From the IMG/VR virus record IMGVR_UViG_3300027710_000009: DNA of 64,000 nt. One strand, written 5' to 3'. The translations under genes and the position numbers were made by a program. This DNA is from a virus (Duplodnaviria; Heunggongvirae; Uroviricota; Caudoviricetes). Positions within the stretch are counted from its first letter, which is position 1; each line of letters begins with the position of its first letter. Of this stretch, positions 9,523 to 17,803 are shown in pieces. Below the pieces are notes generated by a model. That model saw only the letters and a list, made by a program, of their open reading frames with translations, was not told the DNA's origin and did not search any database.

Positions 9523-9750
9523 TCATGCTGATAACCTATCCATCATTAGTTCATAGTCTTTGACATTGGCTGCACATCTAATGTAGCCCTGCGCGATTGC
9601 CCAGTCCAGTGTTGTGGCAACATTAGCAGGAGCACCTGGCATGACCACAATCTCAGCTCGAGGATACACAGCCAAGCCATCAACAATGGTAAAGTCGGGC
9701 TCGCCTGCTTGTATAGTGCGAACAATGCTTTTGTGTACAGTGTATGTCAT
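9523..9750 (-). CDS. Hypothetical protein
   Basis: Co-oriented ORF with 4-nt overlap. Confidence 0.5.
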   Translation of the reverse strand: MTYTVHKSIVRTIQAGEPDFTIVDGLAVYPRAEIVVMPGAPANVATTLDWAIAQGYIRCAANVKDYELMMDRLSA

Positions 9751-9995
9751 TGCAGTGTGCGTTTGTCCATGCCTGAAATCTGTTGCATGGCCGCAATCAG
9801 TTCAGGATCGTTTTCTAATGCTTCGTCTAGGTCAATCAAACGACTTTGACGTTCCAGTTCCTCTGGCGTCATGCTGGCAAAAGTGCTTTGAATTTCTGCC
9901 ATCAGTCCATCCAGCTCTTCCTGAGTGCCGTCAAAATTGTCAAAGCAACCAGGTGCAAATTCTACTTTAAGTGGTTTGTTCACGTGATACTCCAA
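9747..9995 (-). CDS. Hypothetical acidic protein
   Basis: Co-oriented ORF; GGAG near start. Confidence 0.5.
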   Translation of the reverse strand: MEYHVNKPLKVEFAPGCFDNFDGTQEELDGLMAEIQSTFASMTPEELERQSRLIDLDEALENDPELIAAMQQISGMDKRTLQ

Positions 9996-10170
9996 AGTGG
10001 TTTAAGATACAATCGCTAGGGTCATGTTCTTCACGTAGTGCAATTTCTGCACATTGCTTGACCAATTCGGTGGCAAACTTTTCCAACAGCTCACCGCCCA
10101 CACCAGGGTAGTGTGATCCACCTGTTGCTAGTGCAATATCAAAAAATTTAGGGTTTTTCATTTTACTCAT
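9967..10170 (-). CDS. Small hypothetical protein (EKFA...CAEI...HFGV family)
   Basis: Shares EKFA-x-LV-x-x-C and HFGV with the 8999 and 9235 genes. Confidence 0.55.
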   Translation of the reverse strand: MSKMKNPKFFDIALATGGSHYPGVGGELLEKFATELVKQCAEIALREEHDPSDCILNHFGVSREQTT

Positions 10171-11186
10171 GTTCTTAAAATCCTTGCTACTTGTTCTACC
10201 TCAGGGTAAGGTGCTGTTAAAAATTCTGCGTAGTTCTGTGCTTGCTCGCCAATCTTGACCAGTTGATGTTTGCCGCAAAACTTCATGAACTTCACACCAA
10301 CTTGTGGAATGTCTTTTGGCACACTGCCTTCGGCAATGGTCTCTGCAATAAATCCTTTAACATGTTCAGGCTGTGCTCGAAGATCCACAAGTATTACATT
10401 GCGCTCGTAGTCATCCAGCACACGATGCTCTTCGCCATTGTGATCAACCCAACGCTGAAGCATGAGATTGTTCCAAGAGTAGCCTTTACGATCCATGTCA
10501 GCAAATGCTTCCTCTAGTCCAACTTTCTTGCTAGAGCCTTTGGTACGCACACCTGGGTAGGCTGAAAACACATTGTCAGTGGAGTCGCCACGCATGCACT
10601 TCTCAAACAGGATCCACTTGGGATCAGGAATTACTTTGGGTTCCTTGGTCTTCTTGTCAACAACCAGCTTGCCTTTCTTGTCCAGGATGCCTTTTAGTGT
10701 GTGCAGTTCATCGCTGATACCATTGTACTGATTCACATTTTCTGCCAGCAACTGATAGAAGTCTGTGTCTGAGCTTACGATGGTGTGGTGATCATGCGGA
10801 TGGCTCTGTATCCAACCTGCCACAAGATCATCTGCTTCTAGATTTTCGTGACGCAGAACTGTGCAGTTGCTTTTTTCTACAAAGAATGTTTTAAGGTCGT
10901 CAAAGGCTTCCCAAAATGCTGTGTCTTCTTCTTGTTGAGATTCTGTCAGTGCCGCACGTGCCACAGCACGATTGGCTTTGTAGGGTTTGTAAAAATCCTT
11001 GCGCCACGAACGACCTTCGAGGCAGATCACAACATGATCTGCCTTTTGATCGCGCCAGGCTTTGTAGATACTAGCAAGGGTCACGTGAATAGCAAAGCCT
11101 ACTTTTTCCTCCAGCGAGCTTGCACGGTGCGCGGCATGGCGGGCACGGAAGAATGTATTAGCGGTGTCTACAATTAGATAGTTCAT
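10167..11186 (-). CDS. rnh: T4-like RNase H / 5'-3' exonuclease (FEN1/PIN fold)
   Basis: LIVDTAN, EADDL, IVSSDTDFYQL, RGDSTDNV acidic active-site motifs. Confidence 0.85.
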   Translation of the reverse strand: MNYLIVDTANTFFRARHAAHRASSLEEKVGFAIHVTLASIYKAWRDQKADHVVICLEGRSWRKDFYKPYKANRAVARAALTESQQEEDTAFWEAFDDLKTFFVEKSNCTVLRHENLEADDLVAGWIQSHPHDHHTIVSSDTDFYQLLAENVNQYNGISDELHTLKGILDKKGKLVVDKKTKEPKVIPDPKWILFEKCMRGDSTDNVFSAYPGVRTKGSSKKVGLEEAFADMDRKGYSWNNLMLQRWVDHNGEEHRVLDDYERNVILVDLRAQPEHVKGFIAETIAEGSVPKDIPQVGVKFMKFCGKHQLVKIGEQAQNYAEFLTAPYPEVEQVARILRT

Positions 11187-11221
11187 AGAGATATAATAGC
11201 ATATATTTATCTCTGTGTCAA
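11187..11221 (-). promoter_or_regulatory. Composite promoter of rnh: sigma70 promoter with nested TAAATA and an inverted repeat; leaderless mRNA predicted
   Basis: TTGACA (11221-11216), 17 nt, TATTAT (11198-11193); predicted +1 = 11186 = A of ATG. TAAATA at 11209-11204. Inverted repeat AGAGATA/TATCTCT spans 11187-11214. Confidence 0.75.
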
Positions 11222-11227
11222 GCGGTG

Positions 11228-11473
11228 TTAGCCCGTTTTTTGGTATGCAGGATTAGGAACTTCTAACTCAAACACGTGGAATATGTTGTTGGATTTGTCC
11301 GAAAGGATAGCAAGGGTACGAGCTTTTTCGGCTTCGTCTCTGGTGCCAAAGAAACCAGACCCCATGGTAGAGGTGATACCGGCCACAGCAGCCGGATTGA
11401 AATAGAAGCTGGTACTACTCTGATTCAACAGCATGTAGATTGTTAGAGTGGCAGGAGCTTCTAATGGTTTCAT
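11228..11473 (-). CDS. Hypothetical protein
   Basis: Co-oriented ORF, ATGA overlap. Confidence 0.5.
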   Translation of the reverse strand: MKPLEAPATLTIYMLLNQSSTSFYFNPAAVAGITSTMGSGFFGTRDEAEKARTLAILSDKSNNIFHVFELEVPNPAYQKTG

Positions 11474-11880
11474 GATACTTCGGTTCTACCGTCACCTAGG
11501 TCTTTACGGCTAATGACTCTTGGATCAGTTTGGTTAGCGGCCCACTGCTCAAAGTTTTCCTGCAGGACATTACGGCAAATGGTTTGGAACCAACGGTCCA
11601 CAATGTCTGCATCCGTTTTACCTTCGTAACCAGCCTTGACCAATTTGGCCAAGAAAGCATCATTCCAGTCTAGTTCAAATGCACCGTTGCCCACATCATC
11701 TTTGTCCAACTCAATGCTAACAATAGACACATAAGGCTCGCCACGTTTGGTAGCGGCCTCTTTTGGTCCAGTGGCTTTGACTTTGAGTTTTGGTTCAACA
11801 GACTTTTTTGCAGTTGTGGTTTTTTTAGCAGGTGCTTTTTTGGCCACAACTTTTTTTGCAGGCGTCTTTTTGGTTACCAT
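11470..11880 (-). CDS. Hypothetical protein with Lys/Ala/Pro-rich N-terminal tail
   Basis: MVTKKTPAKKVVAKKAPAKKTTTAKK followed by a globular domain; TAATG overlap with queE. Confidence 0.6.
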   Translation of the reverse strand: MVTKKTPAKKVVAKKAPAKKTTTAKKSVEPKLKVKATGPKEAATKRGEPYVSIVSIELDKDDVGNGAFELDWNDAFLAKLVKAGYEGKTDADIVDRWFQTICRNVLQENFEQWAANQTDPRVISRKDLGDGRTEVS

Positions 11881-12773
11881 TACTTGCCCCAGCCATTTCC
11901 CCAAAGGTCCACATGCAGTCGCGGGCTGTAGTAATATCCAAGTTTCAATGCTTCGTCAGCAATGCGCTTTTTGTTAACATCATACAGTTCTGTTGTGCCA
12001 CCAACTGGCATCACATACACATGGCCCATAAACCCTGCGGCACGGTATTCGTCTACCGCACTTTTTACTTCCATCAGGTCTTCAAAATCTGAAACAACAA
12101 ATTTTAGATATGTAACACCAACATGTTGATAATCAGCAATTACTTCAGGACAGATAGCATCAGCCCACTTCTCGCCACTCTTGCTCAGTTTAGGACTAAT
12201 GCTAAATTGCATTTCACGGAAACGACCAATGTACTCTTGATGGTCGGCTTCGGTGGTGCCACGCCATTCGGTATGCCATTCTTGAATATAGTCTTTGAAC
12301 TTTTCATCCAACATCTGAGTGCCATTGGTTTCAAATGTAATATAATCAAGATCTATCATTCTTGGATGACTTAACAGTTCAGAATACACACGTTGCCAAC
12401 CCAACAATGGCTCACCGCCTGTGATCACCAGATGCACAGGGTTGCCAATGTATTGTTGCCATTTGCCATTAGGGGTAAGAGCCAGTAATTCGTCTACAAT
12501 AGTGTCAATGTCTTTTGTGGGACTAAGATCTTTGAACTTGGGATCCCATGAGGCATAGCTGTCACAGCCAGTATGTACCAATGGTAATTGTTCAAATTTA
12601 GAATATTTGCTTGCATCAACGGCATCGCGTTCTGTACTAACTTCACCCTTGGGCATGCCAAATCCACCACAGGTAAAATTACAACCAAATGTACGCAAGA
12701 ACACGCTAGGCACACCTATGTATCTGCCTTCGCCTTGCAGGCTGTAGAACATTTCGCTTACTTTCAATTTCAT
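11880..12773 (-). CDS. queE: 7-carboxy-7-deazaguanine synthase (radical SAM), atypical Cx3Cx34C motif
   Basis: SEMFYSLQGEG...PSVFLRTFGCNFTC...GCDS, VITGGEPLL, ITFETNGT, ISPKL, SPRLH. Confidence 0.9.
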   Translation of the reverse strand: MKLKVSEMFYSLQGEGRYIGVPSVFLRTFGCNFTCGGFGMPKGEVSTERDAVDASKYSKFEQLPLVHTGCDSYASWDPKFKDLSPTKDIDTIVDELLALTPNGKWQQYIGNPVHLVITGGEPLLGWQRVYSELLSHPRMIDLDYITFETNGTQMLDEKFKDYIQEWHTEWRGTTEADHQEYIGRFREMQFSISPKLSKSGEKWADAICPEVIADYQHVGVTYLKFVVSDFEDLMEVKSAVDEYRAAGFMGHVYVMPVGGTTELYDVNKKRIADEALKLGYYYSPRLHVDLWGNGWGK

Positions 12774-13636
12774 AGTATTTCCTCTTTGATTTTATTATAC
12801 AGTGTTTCAAAATTGTCGTCTAGCCATTCATCCACCGTTTGTGGATTCCAATTTGGAACAACTGACTTTAGCTTATTTAGGTCCGCTAGACTCTCCCACT
12901 GATATTTTTCAATCATATGATCAGGCATGGGAGCAATGCATACTTGAGCATTGTCCATGCCCATATGCTTTTGAATCAGCTTGGCAATGTCTTCAAATGT
13001 CAGCTGTTGGCCTGTGCCTAGGTTGTAAACGCCACTCACTCTTGCATCTTTCAGCGCCAGCATGCCCTTGATGCAGTCATCCACGCTGATAAAATCTCGT
13101 GAGCCCAGACGATTGTTGTGGTGCCACACTGTAAGTTTACGTGTGGTTATTGCATTCTCAATATATCTGCGGACTGGACTTGGCTGGTTCTTGTGACCTT
13201 CGTTGCGTCCATATACATTAAAGAAACGCACACCTTGTACAGGCACAGTAAATTTTTGTTCTGCACACCACATGTCAATAGCAATCTTGCTCACACCGTA
13301 GTAGTGCTGTGGCTGGAATGGACCCCACTCTGGGCTACCCGACCACGGCCCGTACACACTGGCACTTGATGCGTAGGTAATACCACAGTTGTGTTCTTGT
13401 GCAAACCGGATCCAGGCTTGGGTGTCTTCAATATTCTTCTTGACCAAAGCTGACCAGTCAGTTACATTGGTTTCGCTGATGGCACCCATGTGAAAAATCC
13501 ATTCAATGGGTTCTTCAGCAGTCCAGGTCCGACCTCTATCAGCCCAATCTAGACTGTGTACCTTGTGGCCGTGCTCCACAAGATGTTGTTTTAATTCGCT
13601 TCCTATAAAGCCACGGTCACCGGTTACTATTATCAT
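12770..13636 (-). CDS. NAD-dependent epimerase, ADP-L-glycero-D-manno-heptose-6-epimerase (HldD/RfaD)-like
   Basis: IIVTGDRGFIG, FHMGAISET, YASSASVYG, YGVSK (YxxxK), RFFNVYG, RDFISVDD. Confidence 0.75.
   Translation of the reverse strand: MIIVTGDRGFIGSELKQHLVEHGHKVHSLDWADRGRTWTAEEPIEWIFHMGAISETNVTDWSALVKKNIEDTQAWIRFAQEHNCGITYASSASVYGPWSGSPEWGPFQPQHYYGVSKIAIDMWCAEQKFTVPVQGVRFFNVYGRNEGHKNQPSPVRRYIENAITTRKLTVWHHNNRLGSRDFISVDDCIKGMLALKDARVSGVYNLGTGQQLTFEDIAKLIQKHMGMDNAQVCIAPMPDHMIEKYQWESLADLNKLKSVVPNWNPQTVDEWLDDNFETLYNKIKEEIL
12794..12822 (-). promoter_or_regulatory. Sigma70-type promoter upstream of queE
   Basis: TAGACG (12822-12817), 17 nt, TATAAT (12799-12794), then GAGG RBS. Confidence 0.55.
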
Positions 13637-14103
13637 CTTCCCTCATCTAAATGTGGCCACGTTCCCTCTGGCGCCGTTCTATAATTACCCTTGCCCGGAA
13701 TCGTGTGTCGTACACCGCCCACAGGATCCGCGACGTCGCCCGTTTTACGGGGAATAAGATGTATATGAGGCCAAGACACAGTTTGTCCAGCAGCCTGGCC
13801 GTAATTAAGTCCAATGTTGAAACCGTCCCATTCGCCATCATCAACCTTTTCTTTTCCGTAATTGAATGCATCTTCAAATGCATCCTTGAGCACACCCACA
13901 GCATTGTACTTGGGTACAAACAACAGATGGCCGTCTGTGACAGGATATCTGTCGCGATACACTGCCACATGGAAATCCTGCCTTACGCTGTCAGTCCAAG
14001 GTGCTTCACTTTCTTCAATCGTTTCTGGAAGATCTTCAAAGATTTCTTGTCTCATATTACCCTTCGTAGATTGCAGAATTGCCTGCGTGTTCAAATACTT
14101 CAA
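13633..14103 (-). CDS. HIT family nucleotide hydrolase
   Basis: YPVTDGHLLFVPK and AGQTVSWPHIHLIPR (HxHxxP). Confidence 0.85.
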   Translation of the reverse strand: MKYLNTQAILQSTKGNMRQEIFEDLPETIEESEAPWTDSVRQDFHVAVYRDRYPVTDGHLLFVPKYNAVGVLKDAFEDAFNYGKEKVDDGEWDGFNIGLNYGQAAGQTVSWPHIHLIPRKTGDVADPVGGVRHTIPGKGNYRTAPEGTWPHLDEGR

Positions 14104-14614
14104 CAGAGATTAATTTAACACGTGGATGCTCGTCACCCAGTAAATTTTGATACTTGTTTGTGGGATCATTGCGCAACCAGTCAGCAGTCCAGGCATACAC
14201 ATACTCAGCAAATGCTTCACAACCCACAGCAGGCATCATTACCAATTTTGCCACACCTTTGTTGCCTACAGGATGTACCTGTACTTCATCTGCTTTTCCG
14301 TGCATGTCTTTGATTGCACTCCACCCAGCCATCTTCTGAAAATGCTTGAGCAGTGGGTCATCTTCTGCAACAATCATGGTATGGTCAAATGTTTTTTCAA
14401 GGAACTCTTTGACTTCGTCTAGGCCGCCAAAGTCTTGTACCCAATTACGTTCATCAAGTTGTTCTGCTTCGAATACAAATTTGAAACCTAAACTGTATCC
14501 ATGTAACAGACTGCAATGACTATGCGTTGCGGCATGTTGACGGAAGGTACAGCTTAGGCCTCGATCGTTGCCATAAGTTTTTGTGCTAAATCTACGTGAC
14601 ATTGAAAACTCCAA
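14057..14614 (-). CDS. queD: 6-carboxy-5,6,7,8-tetrahydropterin synthase, copy 1 (start probably 14602)
   Basis: SHCSLLHGY, NWVQDFGGL, FDHT, VGCEAFA, VFEHAGN. Confidence 0.85.
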   Translation of the reverse strand: MEFSMSRRFSTKTYGNDRGLSCTFRQHAATHSHCSLLHGYSLGFKFVFEAEQLDERNWVQDFGGLDEVKEFLEKTFDHTMIVAEDDPLLKHFQKMAGWSAIKDMHGKADEVQVHPVGNKGVAKLVMMPAVGCEAFAEYVYAWTADWLRNDPTNKYQNLLGDEHPRVKLISVEVFEHAGNSAIYEG

Positions 14615-14633
14615 GAGTAGTTGAAAGTAATGT

Positions 14634-14662
14634 AGTATAACATTAAACTAGGTATTAGTCAA
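14634..14662 (-). promoter_or_regulatory. Sigma70-type promoter dedicated to queD copy 1
   Basis: TTGACT (14662-14657), 17 nt, TATACT (14639-14634). Confidence 0.7.
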
Positions 14663-15161
14663 GCAAGTTTTCATTCCATTCGCGATGACCTTCGCGGAAA
14701 GCCATATTGCTTTGGGTTTCACGCACTTCCACACGATAGCACCACAAACGGGCGGCTTCGCTTGGACCCCACATGTCCGGAATGTAAACACCATTCACAT
14801 ACTTGTACAGCATGTCACTTAGTCCTTCACATCCTAGTCGTGGTAACACCACAATCTTGGCCATGTTCTTTTCTTGTAGCAGTTTGAATGTGGCCATTTC
14901 TGGATCATCTTGTGCTACGATCAAGGTGTGATCAAATTGATCTTCCAGGATCTTCTTGAGTTCTTTGAGTCCGCCATAGTCTGCGGCCCAGTTACGAACG
15001 TCTAGGTCATTGGTTCCAAAATAGAACTTCATTGAGAATGAGTAGCCATGTATTAGATTACAATGACTGTCACTCCTCCATTGACGATAAGCGCATGGGA
15101 ATGCGTCATGATACTCTTTGGTGCTTTGGTATTTGTATACCACTGGTTGTAGTGCTGACAT
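14655..15161 (-). CDS. queD: 6-carboxy-5,6,7,8-tetrahydropterin synthase, copy 2
   Basis: SHCNLIHGY, NWAADYGGL, FDHT, LGCEGLS, VRETQSN; TAAATA box upstream at 15245-15240. Confidence 0.85.
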   Translation of the reverse strand: MSALQPVVYKYQSTKEYHDAFPCAYRQWRSDSHCNLIHGYSFSMKFYFGTNDLDVRNWAADYGGLKELKKILEDQFDHTLIVAQDDPEMATFKLLQEKNMAKIVVLPRLGCEGLSDMLYKYVNGVYIPDMWGPSEAARLWCYRVEVRETQSNMAFREGHREWNENLLD

Positions 15162-15242
15162 GCTGTTTCTCCTATGTTGTGTAGCATAGGCTGGCAGAGT
15201 TTGATATAGCGGGGTGAAGCCAAGGCCGCTTGGAACAAGTAT

Positions 15243-15731
15243 TTATCGTGGGCTAGGGCCACCTGTATCATCTGCGCCCACTGGGTCAGGCCCTAGTTCC
15301 TTTTTGAACTTTTCTGCGGCATGCACACGTTGACGAAGTTCGCTAGAACTGAAACTGTGATCACGACCATTGAAATACAATTCAATGCCTCGCTTGTGAC
15401 AAATTTCACGACCTGTAAACTCTTTGCCTTCGTATTCCACACCCAAGATACGTACATCAATTGGTAATGTGAGCAACAAGTCTTCAAGATCTTTTTCTGT
15501 GTTGTAGACCCAAACTTCATCCACAAACTTGCAACCTTCTAGTTGTAGTTGTCGTTCTACAATACTTTGAATAGGTTTGTTTTTTGTTGAACGATCCAAT
15601 GTGGGATCGTTTTGTAACCCTGCAATCAAATATTCGCAGTGCTCTTTTGCTTCTTTGAGCATGGCAATGTGCCCTGCATGTAGCAAATCAAATGTTGAGG
15701 CTGTGAAGCCAACTTTCTTACTGTTTAACAT
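15243..15731 (-). CDS. HxGH nucleotidyltransferase (glycerol-3-phosphate cytidylyltransferase/TagD-like)
   Basis: GFTASTFDLLHAGH, KPIQSIVER, VDEV, FSSSELR. Confidence 0.8.
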   Translation of the reverse strand: MLNSKKVGFTASTFDLLHAGHIAMLKEAKEHCEYLIAGLQNDPTLDRSTKNKPIQSIVERQLQLEGCKFVDEVWVYNTEKDLEDLLLTLPIDVRILGVEYEGKEFTGREICHKRGIELYFNGRDHSFSSSELRQRVHAAEKFKKELGPDPVGADDTGGPSPR

Positions 15732-15734
15732 CTT

Positions 15735-16295
15735 TTAGTTCTCCCACCAATTTTCCCAAGGAAACACAATCCAACATGGTGTTTCCTGTTTGTTAATTTC
15801 TGTGCCGCAGTAGTCCACATCTTGGAAACCGCTGGATAGATTGTCTACCATCACAGCAAAGCGCACACTATCATGCCAGATATCTGCCCAGGCTGGATCT
15901 TTGGGCAAGCAACCACTTGGCCAGTCTTGTTTGATGTAGTTCAATGTGCGACCCGAGTCATTGATATCGTCAACAACAAGAATCTTCTTGCGCAGGGCAG
16001 GATCGGTTGTGACTCGATCTGCAGGCGCTGGCAACTCAGTACCTTCATATGGCACATAACCAAACGCATCTTCGGCCATCCACAAATTGCTTTCAGGACC
16101 AAGGTCGTTGTCGCGAAAGCTGATGTTCAAGGTATGCATGGGCACATCAAGATAATGACTCAGCATAGTGGCAGGCACAAGTCCGCCACGTGTGATACCT
16201 GCAATGTAGTCTGGGCGCCAGTTATCCTGCGCCATGTCTCGAATGATCTTATGCACCCAGGTGTTTAGATGTTTGTTGTTGTGAATCAGTTTCAT
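15735..16295 (-). CDS. Type I phosphoribosyltransferase (purine PRT-like)
   Basis: IAGITRGGLVPA, ILVVDDINDSGRT PRPP loop, WIVFPWE. Confidence 0.85.
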   Translation of the reverse strand: MKLIHNNKHLNTWVHKIIRDMAQDNWRPDYIAGITRGGLVPATMLSHYLDVPMHTLNISFRDNDLGPESNLWMAEDAFGYVPYEGTELPAPADRVTTDPALRKKILVVDDINDSGRTLNYIKQDWPSGCLPKDPAWADIWHDSVRFAVMVDNLSSGFQDVDYCGTEINKQETPCWIVFPWENWWEN

Positions 16296-16627
16296 AGTTG
16301 AGGCTCCGGTACCTTACAGTCGTGGTTGATAATGTTGTCTATATACTTCATAATAAAAAGGCTGGCTTCTGGTGCAAATTCTTCGCGCAAGTGAATGATG
16401 TAGGTGCCACTACCATCGTTGAATTGGTGGCTCCAGTCACCCTTGCCCATGCGTATGCGATAGTGCTTGTCAGTTCTATGCCGGCCTCTGTGCGTGTGGA
16501 ATTCATCGCTAATTTCCTGTGCTTCAGCACCCATCATGACCCAGAAGTCTACCATCTCTTGAGAAAGAGCATTGGTATGAATCTTAAACGGACGAAGTGC
16601 TACTACGCCGGGTGAGATAATCTTCAT
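16292..16627 (-). CDS. Hypothetical protein
   Basis: Co-oriented ORF, ATGA overlap. Confidence 0.5.
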   Translation of the reverse strand: MKIISPGVVALRPFKIHTNALSQEMVDFWVMMGAEAQEISDEFHTHRGRHRTDKHYRIRMGKGDWSHQFNDGSGTYIIHLREEFAPEASLFIMKYIDNIINHDCKVPEPQL

Positions 16628-17054
16628 TGTGTTCCCAATTTGTTTTTGGATCTTTGCCTGTTAAGAATCCCCATTCACGAGTATGCGGTCCAGGCATAAA
16701 CAATGTCCAGGCAGTTACGCCAGGATCCAGTTCGATGCGATGATAACTGCTAGCACTGCAAGTGCGAAAGTGTCCGGGCCCACGCCAGTGACGAGCTTCT
16801 CCAATTTTAATACCAGTTGAGTTAAACTCCGGAATCCATTCATAATAACCACCTTTCAAGATCAGTGTTGCATACGGCCAAGGATGATCATGAACATCAT
16901 CTGGGTCGCCTTTTAAGAACTTGTGTAAAAATACATTGAACGGAAAACGTTCACGCTCTTTGAGAAACAGGTAATAGCGTTCCAAGTATGGCTCGTTGTT
17001 GATACGATCATATATGATACGTTTACGCCCTAGACGTTCAAGTAATTTTAACAT
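16584..17054 (-). CDS. Cupin-like metal-binding protein
   Basis: LHKF...DVHDHPW...LILKGGYYE...YHRIEL resembles cupin HxH...E...H. Confidence 0.55.
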   Translation of the reverse strand: MLKLLERLGRKRIIYDRINNEPYLERYYLFLKERERFPFNVFLHKFLKGDPDDVHDHPWPYATLILKGGYYEWIPEFNSTGIKIGEARHWRGPGHFRTCSASSYHRIELDPGVTAWTLFMPGPHTREWGFLTGKDPKTNWEHNEDYLTRRSSTSSV

Positions 17055-17571
17055 TTTTTGTTCCTACAGACGAACCTTTGTAGCTGGATTTTAACAGATC
17101 TTCCACACGTTCTGCAACCGTTGATGTTGCCGTTGATGTAACAGGAGGAACTGCACCAAATCCTACGTCTGAGGTTCCGCCTTGTGCCCAGATGGTTCCC
17201 GGAGGATAAGTTCCAGGTTGTGGCGGCCAACCAGTGCCTCCACCTGTGTTAGGCACAATGGTGGGGTGTACATAAGGGCCAAACGGCATGCCGCCACCTC
17301 CAAGTCCTCCGCCAGGGTAGACCCTCTTGTTCTGTTGGTCCGACTCAAGTCTTTCCAACCTCCGAAGTATTGTATGTTGGTCTTCAAACATACGGCGCAT
17401 TGGGCCATTACGTCGATCGTGTTGTGCATGGTTACGAGCCAACGCACAAATAACCATTAGATGCTGTAGTGTCTTTTGCACACTAGGATCATCACTAGTA
17501 AGTGCTTCATCAAACAAGTCAATGAATGCTTCTAGATCAAAGTCTGCCGAATCTTTTTCTCTATGGCTCAT
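17038..17571 (-). CDS. Hypothetical protein with Pro/Gly-rich C-terminal half
   Basis: Co-oriented 177-aa ORF. Confidence 0.55.
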   Translation of the reverse strand: MSHREKDSADFDLEAFIDLFDEALTSDDPSVQKTLQHLMVICALARNHAQHDRRNGPMRRMFEDQHTILRRLERLESDQQNKRVYPGGGLGGGGMPFGPYVHPTIVPNTGGGTGWPPQPGTYPPGTIWAQGGTSDVGFGAVPPVTSTATSTVAERVEDLLKSSYKGSSVGTKNVKIT

Positions 17572-17572
17572 G

Positions 17573-17803
17573 TTACCACTCCGATGCTGAATTGTCGTCT
17601 AGATATTTGTCAACCATTGCATTTGCTTCTGCAAGGTCTACTGCGTGTACGGTAAATGTCATCATTCCGTCTTTGATTGCAATGTCAAATGGCACTTTTC
17701 CACCAAAGATAAAACTCTCAGGCTGAGGTTTAATGATGCGGAACTTCTGCATCTTACGAGCCCTCTCGATTAAGTTTTGTGCAAATTCCGCGGCATTTTT
17801 CAT
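17573..17803 (-). CDS. Hypothetical protein
   Basis: Co-oriented ORF, ATGA overlap with folE. Confidence 0.55.
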   Translation of the reverse strand: MKNAAEFAQNLIERARKMQKFRIIKPQPESFIFGGKVPFDIAIKDGMMTFTVHAVDLAEANAMVDKYLDDNSASEW

